Positions 8,798 to 16,743 of a DNA stretch of 35,015 nucleotides are shown here, piece after piece. The notes beneath the pieces are model-generated. The model was not told the DNA's origin and searched no databases. It saw only the letters and a program-made list of their open reading frames with translations. This stretch comes from an uncultured bacterium (GTDB lineage: Bacteria; Caldisericota; Caldisericia; B22-G15). Positions within the stretch are counted from its first letter, which is position 1, and each line of letters starts with the position of its first letter. The position numbers and the translations under genes were made by a program. Where the stretch lies: positions 1 to 35,015 of the forward strand of contig CBFDTJ010000009.1 in assembly GCA_965612865.1 (NCBI GenBank). Direction: 5' to 3'.

Positions 8798-11140
8798 TTA
8801 AGAAACTTCTGTTTTTTGTTTCTTTTTCTCTTCAATGGCCTTTTTGATTAAGTCTGGCGTGATCGGAATACGATAAAAGTCTACTCCTATAGCATCGTAT
8901 ATTGCATTGAGTATTGCTGGGGCAACTCCTATAACAGGGTGCTCTCCTATTCCTCTTGCTCCGAAAGGTCCTATTTCATCTGGTGTTTCAACAAATTCAA
9001 CAGTTTGTTTCTTTGGTGTATCTTCTATTGTAGGGAATCTATAAGTTTTGAAATGAGGATTTATAATTCTTCCATCTTTATCAAATTTCAGCTCTTCATA
9101 GAGTGTTGCACCAATTCCCATCATAACGCCACCAACCACCTGACCTCTTATCTGAACAGGATTTATCACCTGACCTACATCAAAAGCAGATGCAAAATGG
9201 TCTACAATTATCTCTCCAGTTTTTTTATCAATTCTTATCTCACATCCCTGAGCACCAAAGGTATAATCAACACCCATATTTCCCTGACCTGTCTCAGGAT
9301 CCGGAAGTGAGTAACGTGGGAGTCTTGCATCAGCTGTTGCTTGAAGAACCTCTCCCACTGTTATTCCATCATCATGCATGTATCCTCTGACTATTTCAGG
9401 TACAGAGATCCTTACGCTTGGATCTGATTTTAAAAATACATACTCACCATCATAATCAAGCATATCTATGTCACATCTTAGAGCATATGCTGCATTTTGT
9501 TTTAACTTCTGAATGAGTCTTTCTGCTGCTCTAACTATGGCCCTTCCTCCCTGTACAGTAAACATGGAACCAATGGTTTGCCATTCCCATGGAGAAAACT
9601 GGGTGTCTATTTCTGTGTATACTCTCACCTTTTCTGGTGGAATTTTTAAAGCTTCTGCTGTTACTTGTTTAACTACTGTTCTTAAACCCTGTCCTACCTC
9701 GGCACCACCCATGTTAATTGAGACACTACCATCTATGTTGAATTTGATATAGCAACCTTTGGAGGAATTTGGTGCTCCTTTAGGTCCTTTAACTATAGCT
9801 GCAAATCCCCTTCCATAAAAGTATCTTTCATCTTCCTTTGGTTTTGGTTTGGAAAATATAGCCTTTTTTACAACATCTGTACACTTCTTAACATCTCCGT
9901 GCATCTTCCACATTTTTTCTCCAAGTGCATTCTCTTTTCCTTCACCAAGATAGTTCTTTTCTCTCAGCTCAAACTCATCCATATTAAGTTTTCTTGCCAG
10001 AATGCTCATGAGCCTTTCAAGTGCAAAGTGGGAATATTGATAACCATAAGCTCTATAGGCGCCTACAGGTGGTGTGTTTGTGTAAACTGAGTATGCTTCA
10101 AGATAACAGTTTGGAACCTCATAAGGTCCTGTTGAAGAATGAGCAGCGCCCTGCGCAATATTTACTCCTGTATCAGCATAAGCACCAGTGGAGTGATATA
10201 CTGTAGCCTTCATTGCTACAAGCTTACCATCTTTCTTTGCTCCTATTTTCATTCTGATTCTCATACCATGTGCAATAACAGTGCTTGTAAAGTCTTCCTT
10301 ACGAGATGCAACCCACTTTACAGGTCTTCCTGGTACAAAACTTGCTATATAGGCTACTGTCTGTTCAATAATTACATCAGATTTATAGCCAAAACATCCT
10401 CCAATTTCCGGAATGTGGACTCTCACATCAGAAACAGGCACTCCATAGGTTCTTGCAATATCCTCTCTTATTATGAAAGGACAGATAGACGAAGACCAGA
10501 TTTCAATGGTCCCATCCTCTTTAAACCATGCAATCGTACCATGTGGCTCTATTGCCGCTGAGGAACCAAAGGGATAAATAAATTCTCCTTCTACAACCAC
10601 ATCTGCTTCTTTAAATCCTTTCTCTACATCCCCTTTCTTAAGCTCATAATGCATAGCTACATTAGTTTTTGGTATTGGTTTGTAGGCTGGTAGGTGCCAG
10701 TATTCTCCATTTTTTTCGTGAATAAGAACTGCATCCTCTTTCATAGCTTCTAGTGCATCTGTGTAAACTGGAAGTTTCTCATACTCAACCTTTATCTTCT
10801 TTACAGCCTGTTTAGCATAATAGGGATTTTCTGCAATAACTGCAGCTACTGGTTCTCCAATATATCTTACTTTATCCACTGCCATTGGGTAACGATCTCT
10901 TATGCAATCTCCATAAACAACTTTACACCCCTGCCCTGTAACTACCTTAACAACACCTGGAGATTTCTCTGCTTCAGATGTATCAATGGAGAGAATCTTT
11001 GCGTGAGCATACGGTGGAGTTAGTATAGCAGCATAAAGCATTTCAGGTAGTTTAATATCATCAAGAAAAACCGCCTTACCTGTTACTTTTGATACTGCAT
11101 CTGGTCTCTGAACATTTTTTCCTAAGTACTTAAATTCCAA
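8798..11140 (-). CDS. Molybdopterin-binding large subunit, xanthine dehydrogenase/aldehyde oxidoreductase family
   Basis: KVTGKA, GGCFGYK, AYRAYG, EVGQG, GQVVGG, GARGIGE; TTG start behind aaggaggtg. Confidence 0.93.
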   Translation of the reverse strand: MEFKYLGKNVQRPDAVSKVTGKAVFLDDIKLPEMLYAAILTPPYAHAKILSIDTSEAEKSPGVVKVVTGQGCKVVYGDCIRDRYPMAVDKVRYIGEPVAAVIAENPYYAKQAVKKIKVEYEKLPVYTDALEAMKEDAVLIHEKNGEYWHLPAYKPIPKTNVAMHYELKKGDVEKGFKEADVVVEGEFIYPFGSSAAIEPHGTIAWFKEDGTIEIWSSSICPFIIREDIARTYGVPVSDVRVHIPEIGGCFGYKSDVIIEQTVAYIASFVPGRPVKWVASRKEDFTSTVIAHGMRIRMKIGAKKDGKLVAMKATVYHSTGAYADTGVNIAQGAAHSSTGPYEVPNCYLEAYSVYTNTPPVGAYRAYGYQYSHFALERLMSILARKLNMDEFELREKNYLGEGKENALGEKMWKMHGDVKKCTDVVKKAIFSKPKPKEDERYFYGRGFAAIVKGPKGAPNSSKGCYIKFNIDGSVSINMGGAEVGQGLRTVVKQVTAEALKIPPEKVRVYTEIDTQFSPWEWQTIGSMFTVQGGRAIVRAAERLIQKLKQNAAYALRCDIDMLDYDGEYVFLKSDPSVRISVPEIVRGYMHDDGITVGEVLQATADARLPRYSLPDPETGQGNMGVDYTFGAQGCEIRIDKKTGEIIVDHFASAFDVGQVINPVQIRGQVVGGVMMGIGATLYEELKFDKDGRIINPHFKTYRFPTIEDTPKKQTVEFVETPDEIGPFGARGIGEHPVIGVAPAILNAIYDAIGVDFYRIPITPDLIKKAIEEKKKQKTEVS

Positions 11141-11154
11141 CTAAATCACCTCCT

Positions 11155-12120
11155 TTAAGAGGATAGAATCTCTATTATTTCTTCAAATTCAAAATCTATC
11201 CTCTTTTCTTTCTCTACAACGCTTAAATCTTTTATCATAATTTCCCCCCTGTTCCATGTAATCATTTTATTTTTAGACTTGTTACTTGCTATTAATTTTA
11301 CCGCATTGAAACCAAAAATGGAAGCAAGTTTTCTACTAAAGTATGTAGGTTTTCCACCTCTCTGAATATATCCAAGAACTGTCACCCTTACTTCAGAATG
11401 AGGGAGAAGCCTGGAGATTTTCTCTCCAATCGTATATGATGATCCTACCCCCTCAGCCATAACGATTATGTATGATTTTTTACCCTTCTCTATTCCTTTT
11501 TTAAGAACATTAATTACTTTTTTTAAATTAAATGGTATCTCTGGAATAAGAACTATTTCAGCACCTGATGCTATGCCAACCTCAAGGGCAATAAAGCCAT
11601 GTTTTCTTCCCATAACTTCTATTATAAAAATTCTTTCATGAGAGGTGGCTGTGTCTCTTATTTTGTCAATAGCGTCAACGGCCGTATTTACTGCTGTATC
11701 AAAACCTATGGTTTCCTCTGTGCCATACACATCATTATCGATTGATGCCGGAATACCAATTACATTGATATCACTTTCTCTAGAAATTCTTAATCCTGCG
11801 TTAAGAGAGCCTTCCCCACCAATAATAATGAGGTTTTCTATACCTCTATTTATTAGATTTTTAATAGCCGTTTCCCTGATTTTTCTATCTTTAAATTCAG
11901 GAAACCTTTGAGATTTTAAAATTGTACCACCCTTGTTTATTATTCCACTCATGTCTCTTGAGGTGAGTTTAATGATTTCATTCTCTATTAACCCTTTCCA
12001 TCCTCGCATTATTCCAAAAACATCAAAACCCTCAAGTATTGCTGTTCTTACAACAGCTCTTATACATGCATTCATACCAGGAGCATCTCCTCCTGGGGTT
12101 ACAATTCCAATTTTAGACAT
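11155..12120 (-). CDS. pfkA: ATP-dependent 6-phosphofructokinase
   Basis: GGDAPGMN, GGEGS, PASIDND, EVMGR, LGYIQRGG. Gly at position 104 and a non-Lys residue at 124 fit the ATP-dependent type. Confidence 0.95.
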   Translation of the reverse strand: MSKIGIVTPGGDAPGMNACIRAVVRTAILEGFDVFGIMRGWKGLIENEIIKLTSRDMSGIINKGGTILKSQRFPEFKDRKIRETAIKNLINRGIENLIIIGGEGSLNAGLRISRESDINVIGIPASIDNDVYGTEETIGFDTAVNTAVDAIDKIRDTATSHERIFIIEVMGRKHGFIALEVGIASGAEIVLIPEIPFNLKKVINVLKKGIEKGKKSYIIVMAEGVGSSYTIGEKISRLLPHSEVRVTVLGYIQRGGKPTYFSRKLASIFGFNAVKLIASNKSKNKMITWNRGEIMIKDLSVVEKEKRIDFEFEEIIEILSS

Positions 12121-12754
12121 GAATTACAATATTCTTGAAGTTCTCTACAAGCTTTTTAACTTCCCTTGGAGTTTCGTCTGGATCTGGTTTAATAAGTGCA
12201 AAAAGAATATTTGTACTTTTAACAAGACCAATGTGTCTCAATCCAGAAGGGTTGAAGGTCTTTTTGGCAAGTTCCATCAGTTTATCAAGATCTTTCAGAT
12301 TTTTGTACATAGTTAGAAACCTGCTCTCACCCAATACAACTTCTCCTTTTTCAAGCTCTTTTGCTTCATCTATGTCTGGTCCAAGGAAATAGTAATATTT
12401 TTTAATTATATGAACATCTGTGTTTATCCGCACCTTTGATCTTAAGACTATATAAAGCCTATCGTGTTTTCTTGTCAGGAGTGATATTGGAAAATATAGA
12501 AGACTTTGGCGTGGTAGTAGTGTGAGGGTTAACTCTAATTTTTTAATAGCACTATCATTTAATTCGTAGTGAGCTCTGAAGCCAGCGTATCCTCCAATCC
12601 AGACATACGTTTTGTCTTTAATTCTCAAATTCTTTTCAAAACCCTGAACATATTTTTTCATTAAGAGAAGGTTGATTTTTCTGCCTTGAAAAAATTGGAG
12701 GGTTATTACCCCTCCGATTACAACAAGGATAATTATAATTTGAGACTGAGTCAT
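12113..12754 (-). CDS. Hypothetical protein with a single N-terminal TM anchor; possible CCDC47/DUF1682-like fold
   Basis: 213-aa ORF overlapping both neighbours; hydrophobic residues about 6-23. The family call is by-eye only. Confidence 0.75.
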   Translation of the reverse strand: MTQSQIIIILVVIGGVITLQFFQGRKINLLLMKKYVQGFEKNLRIKDKTYVWIGGYAGFRAHYELNDSAIKKLELTLTLLPRQSLLYFPISLLTRKHDRLYIVLRSKVRINTDVHIIKKYYYFLGPDIDEAKELEKGEVVLGESRFLTMYKNLKDLDKLMELAKKTFNPSGLRHIGLVKSTNILFALIKPDPDETPREVKKLVENFKNIVIHV

Positions 12755-13053
12755 AAAGTTTTCTCCTCTCTTTTTCCACCCACAACAAGAACCTCTGTAA
12801 AACCTGCTTTATTTAAGGATTCCACTATCTTTTTTGCCAGGGTGTTTGTTATATAGGATGCAAGAAATAGGTTGAAGGGTCGATATGCCATGGGATAAAG
12901 GTCTTTCATATGAATTATTATTCGAGTGAAATCAATCTCTATCTCATCAATAAACTCACCTGTTATTAAATCAAGTCCCGTTGTGGGTTCTTCAATTGTA
13001 GATAAAACCAATTTTATCTTTCTTATAGTTTCCCTATCTCCTTTATACCTCAT
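12751..13053 (-). CDS. Small DUF59/MIP18 (FeS_assembly_P)-like protein without Cys
   Basis: LSTIEEPTTGLDLI..EFIDEIEI resembles the LxxVxDPExxxxIV start of DUF59; 4-nt overlaps on both sides. Confidence 0.6.
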   Translation of the reverse strand: MRYKGDRETIRKIKLVLSTIEEPTTGLDLITGEFIDEIEIDFTRIIIHMKDLYPMAYRPFNLFLASYITNTLAKKIVESLNKAGFTEVLVVGGKREEKTL

Positions 13054-14003
13054 ATAAGATAATTATTATACAGCTCTTTCAATTCTTCAATACCACGTGG
13101 TGAATGCTCAAGGAGGGGAATTTCCTTTATTTGTATTCCTCTAAATTCTTCTCTCATCTTTTTTAAGACCTCTTCCTGCTCTTTTATCTTGCCTTTTATA
13201 CCCTCAGGAGGCTTTTTACACTGAATTACTTTATTTAAAAATATAGTTCTTAGTTTTATCTTGAATTCTGAAAGGGACTCGGATATTCTTTTTGTTTCAA
13301 AAAGAGCAAGTTCCTCTGGCATTGTTACTACATTAACTGTTGTATTATCTGATGAAAAGAAGTTTCTCAGTTCTTCCATTTCAGCTCTATACCGAACCAA
13401 TTCCTGCATTACATCATCTTCCTTTTCATCAGAAGTAAGTACTACCGTTTCTCCTTCTATTTTAGCTTCAAATCTCCCCTTCACATTTTCTACCATCTTT
13501 CTTCTATCAAGAATTCTTTTTCTCATTTTTATAAGTCTATCTGTCCATAAAAGGGAGAGTTTTGGCATTGCAAAAACTCTTATTGTAATTCCTGTAGGGG
13601 GTGTATCAAACACTATTGTATCGAATTCTTTCAGTTTTATAAACCTCTTTATAGCTTCAAGAACTGCATACTCTTCAATACCGGGAGAATGTCTCAAAAT
13701 ATCAAAGTATCTATCAAGGTTGAAGGTAGTAAGGTATCTATAAGTGTTTTTCATCTTATATGCAAGCTCATTCAGGTATTCTTTTATCATTTTCTCTATA
13801 TCCACTTCCACAGCTGAGAGATTATCGCTGATCTTTTTTATCTTGTTGGAGAGCGTAGAGTTAAAAGCATCTCCAAGATTATGAGCTGGATCTAAAGATA
13901 CGACGAGTACATTTCCATTATCTAAGGAAGTGCCTACACCAAAGGAAGCTGCAATAGTTGTCTTCCCGACTCCCCCTTTTCCAAGGAAAAAGTATGTTTT
14001 CAT
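13050..14003 (-). CDS. ArsA/Get3 (TRC40)-family ATPase, single domain
   Basis: Deviant Walker A GKGGVGKTT, SLDPAHNL, PGIEE, switch II DTPPTG, LNKV. Confidence 0.93.
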   Translation of the reverse strand: MKTYFFLGKGGVGKTTIAASFGVGTSLDNGNVLVVSLDPAHNLGDAFNSTLSNKIKKISDNLSAVEVDIEKMIKEYLNELAYKMKNTYRYLTTFNLDRYFDILRHSPGIEEYAVLEAIKRFIKLKEFDTIVFDTPPTGITIRVFAMPKLSLLWTDRLIKMRKRILDRRKMVENVKGRFEAKIEGETVVLTSDEKEDDVMQELVRYRAEMEELRNFFSSDNTTVNVVTMPEELALFETKRISESLSEFKIKLRTIFLNKVIQCKKPPEGIKGKIKEQEEVLKKMREEFRGIQIKEIPLLEHSPRGIEELKELYNNYLI

Positions 14004-14012
14004 TGTTTACTC

Positions 14013-14291
14013 CTAATCAATGTCAAATGTTCCTGCAGTTTCTGCAAAGACATCGTCAAGATTTTTACTTCTTAGCATCATTACATATATTTCCCTCTGC
14101 ATATATGGAAGAAGCCTTAAGACAAGACCAGTTGGAGGAGATGGGATTCCAGATAAAAAACCCATTGTTAAAAGTGCAAAAACATTTTCTGTTTCCTCCA
14201 ACTCTTTCTCAATGAGAGAGACTGAAGCTTCTTTTAAACCTTCATCAATACCACCAAAGAATTTTCTAAGGAGATCGGAGAGCTTCTTCAT
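14013..14291 (-). CDS. Small cstA-associated protein (cory-CC-star-like, without terminal CC)
   Basis: 92 aa; ENVFALL...GIPSPP....RLLPY core; starts 2 nt after the cstA stop, SD gaggtg. Confidence 0.75.
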   Translation of the reverse strand: MKKLSDLLRKFFGGIDEGLKEASVSLIEKELEETENVFALLTMGFLSGIPSPPTGLVLRLLPYMQREIYVMMLRSKNLDDVFAETAGTFDID

Positions 14292-14293
14292 TT

Positions 14294-16033
14294 CTATTTC
14301 ACCTCTGCTTCAGGTTTTGGTCCTTTTCTGAATGCTCCCAAGAAATCTCCTATGAGGATAAAGTTAAGGATAATCATTATTATTGTAAATATTGCCACAG
14401 GATATTTGGTTGTTGCTGCTTTGATAGCTGGGACTGCAACGAAGAGGTACCATATCAATGCTACAGTAACTGTAACCCATAAGAAGAGTGCAGGGATAAG
14501 AACTGCATATTGCCATACTTTCTTTGCCTTCTGTACATTTCTAACCCATACCGCTGCTGTAATCATTGCAATGGATGCAAGCATCTGGTTTGCACCAGCA
14601 AATCCTGGCCAGAGGGCACCAAGAGTTCCTCCCCAGACAATAAGCATTCCAAGCCCTGCAGCGATAATTGAGCCAACCCATTTATTTGCGATGAATTTAT
14701 AGAAACCTTCACTTGTCTTCTTCACAGGTTCCCATATCTCACCCCATGCAAACCTTGCAAGTCTGTTGGAGGTATCAAGGGTTGTAAGGATGAATGCTGA
14801 AACCCAGAGTCCTCCAAATGTTACTCCAAGTTTATAGGGGATTCCTATTGAACCAACAAGTTTTCCATATGAGTGGGTGAATATACCCACCTTACCAACT
14901 GTAGATCCAATAACTCCTGCTCCATACTTTCCAATAAGTGCCGGAGATGCAAGTTTTGCCATGTCTCCACCTGCTTCTTTAAGGACAGTCATTCCAAAAG
15001 CGGCTATAGAGAGAACGACTATTGTGGATAAGAAACCTTCAGTAAACATACCACCGTAGCCAACAAGAAGTCCACTTAACTCATTATCCAGCTGTTTGGA
15101 GCTTGTACCTGAAGCAACTATTGAATGGAAACCAGACAGAGCTCCGCAGGCTATAATTAATGGAACAGTTGGCCAGAACGGTGAGGGCTGACCACTTATC
15201 AAGTTAGGAGAAAATACTGTAAATGCAGGCCATGAGAATCCCTTGAAGGCAATAAGAGCTGCAAGACCACCGACTATAAGTCCAAACCACAGAATGTATG
15301 CATTTAGATAATCTCTTGGCTGAAGTAGTATCCATACAGGAAGTGATGCAGCGATTATTATGTAGATAAACTGAATCACATACCAGGCTTGCTTACTTGC
15401 AATCTTAATAAACGGGAATTTGAATCCTATAACTATAGCAAGTATAAGGAGTATTACTCCTATAATAGAAGCAGCACTGAAGTTCATCTTTGTTCTGTAC
15501 ATTATATAACCTTCAATCATAGCTACAATGATGAAGAGAATCGATGCTGTTGCAATTTCTGGAGTGGATGATGCAAGACCGGCGAAAACGTTCATAAACG
15601 CTGCTATAACAAGAAGAAGTGCAAAATATACAAAGAGCTCAAAAGCATACTTGGTCTTTGGTGTCATAAGCTTACCAGAAATCCACTGAACCGATTTACC
15701 ATCATATCTTACCGAAGCCATTAAAGCAAGATAGTCATGAACACTACCAATAAAAAGGTTACCAAACCAAATCCAGAGAATACTTGGTAACCACCCCCAA
15801 ACCATGGCAAGCGCAGGTCCTACTATTGGACCAGCCCCGGCAATAGAAGCGAAATGATGTCCATATAGAACGAACTTATTTGCAGGCATGTAATCTACAT
15901 TATCCCTTAATTTTACAGCAGGGGTTGGTCTGTTAGGATCTGCCTTTACTACTTCCTTCTCCAATCTTCTACCATAGACCATGTAACCTATGATGTAAAT
16001 AGCCCCTCCAATAATTGCTAAAAGTGCGGTCAT
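14294..16033 (-). CDS. cstA: Carbon starvation protein A-family transporter
   Basis: GHHFASIAGAGPIVGP, LPVWILLQPRDY, IACGALSGFH, GYGGMFTEG, TTLDT, ANQMLA; polytopic. Confidence 0.96.
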   Translation of the reverse strand: MTALLAIIGGAIYIIGYMVYGRRLEKEVVKADPNRPTPAVKLRDNVDYMPANKFVLYGHHFASIAGAGPIVGPALAMVWGWLPSILWIWFGNLFIGSVHDYLALMASVRYDGKSVQWISGKLMTPKTKYAFELFVYFALLLVIAAFMNVFAGLASSTPEIATASILFIIVAMIEGYIMYRTKMNFSAASIIGVILLILAIVIGFKFPFIKIASKQAWYVIQFIYIIIAASLPVWILLQPRDYLNAYILWFGLIVGGLAALIAFKGFSWPAFTVFSPNLISGQPSPFWPTVPLIIACGALSGFHSIVASGTSSKQLDNELSGLLVGYGGMFTEGFLSTIVVLSIAAFGMTVLKEAGGDMAKLASPALIGKYGAGVIGSTVGKVGIFTHSYGKLVGSIGIPYKLGVTFGGLWVSAFILTTLDTSNRLARFAWGEIWEPVKKTSEGFYKFIANKWVGSIIAAGLGMLIVWGGTLGALWPGFAGANQMLASIAMITAAVWVRNVQKAKKVWQYAVLIPALFLWVTVTVALIWYLFVAVPAIKAATTKYPVAIFTIIMIILNFILIGDFLGAFRKGPKPEAEVK

Positions 16034-16098
16034 TTTAGCTTACCTCCTTTTAAAAATCTCAAAAAAGGTTCTCGCACTCTCCGATCTCCTCAAGGGAT

Positions 16099-16107
16099 AT
16101 TATATCA
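16099..16107 (-). promoter_or_regulatory. Extended -10 sigma70 promoter for the cstA operon
   Basis: Minus strand reads TGaTATAAT, with TTGAAA 19 bp upstream. Predicted +1 near 16091. Confidence 0.65.
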
Positions 16108-16150
16108 CATAAAATTAAAATTTTTTCAAAATAGATATATATTTTTACCT

Positions 16151-16159
16151 TGATATAAT
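16151..16159 (+). promoter_or_regulatory. Extended -10 promoter for the ferritin-like gene
   Basis: TGaTATAAT followed by SD taaggaggtg and ATG 16178. Confidence 0.65.
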
Positions 16160-16177
16160 TAATTAAGGAGGTGTAAA

Positions 16178-16660
16178 ATGAAAAAATTATTGGAGGATGC
16201 AATTCAGGCTGAACATGATGCAATGAGGTTTTATAAAAAAATCTCTGATTCAGTAAAGAATAAGATTGCAAAGAAAAAACTGGATAAACTTTCCAGAGAA
16301 GAGGAGTCCCATGAGAGAAAGCTCATTAAAATGTACAGAAAACTTTTTGAAGAAAGCTTTACACCTGAAGATAAGTTTAATGTAAATCCAGAATTTAATA
16401 TTGTTGAAGAGAAAGATTGGGATAAAGTTAAATCTTTAGATATAGTGAAGATAGCTCTTCAATCTGAGATAAAGGCAATAGAGCATTACACGAAAATGCT
16501 TGAAAAAACTGTTGACGAAGAAGATAAAAAGTACATAAATGAGCTTATAAAAGTAGAAAAATATCATGCCGATTTATTAAAAAGGGAATACGATATACTT
16601 AAGAAACAGGATTACTGGGACAATCCAACTCTGGAGAATCTTGGCGATTTAAGATTATAG
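16178..16660 (+). CDS. Ferritin-like/rubrerythrin-family diiron protein without a rubredoxin domain
   Basis: Duplicated E...Y...ExxH pattern (EHDAMRFY/EEESH and EIKAIEHY/EKYH); strong SD. Confidence 0.88.
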   Translation: MKKLLEDAIQAEHDAMRFYKKISDSVKNKIAKKKLDKLSREEESHERKLIKMYRKLFEESFTPEDKFNVNPEFNIVEEKDWDKVKSLDIVKIALQSEIKAIEHYTKMLEKTVDEEDKKYINELIKVEKYHADLLKREYDILKKQDYWDNPTLENLGDLRL

Positions 16661-16743
16661 AAACTTATACAAATTCCATTTCAGGTTTTTTTATTTAATA
16701 AAATATAGTAAAATATTGTAAATTCCTTTCCAAGGAGAGTATT

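Noticed and set aside
8798..11140. Aerobic CO dehydrogenase CoxL
   Set aside because: Lacks the AYxCSFR loop, and no coxM or accessory genes are present.
11800..11825. GGEGS instead of GGDGS in PfkA as a sign of inactivation
   Set aside because: Conservative change; all other catalytic and allosteric motifs are intact.
13050..14003. Arsenic-resistance arsA
   Set aside because: Single domain, only one Cys, and no ars genes nearby.
16040..16092. Three GGA motifs in the cstA leader as CsrA sites (E. coli cstA is CsrA-regulated)
   Set aside because: Poor match to the ANGGA hairpin-loop context apart from the SD, and csrA presence is unknown.
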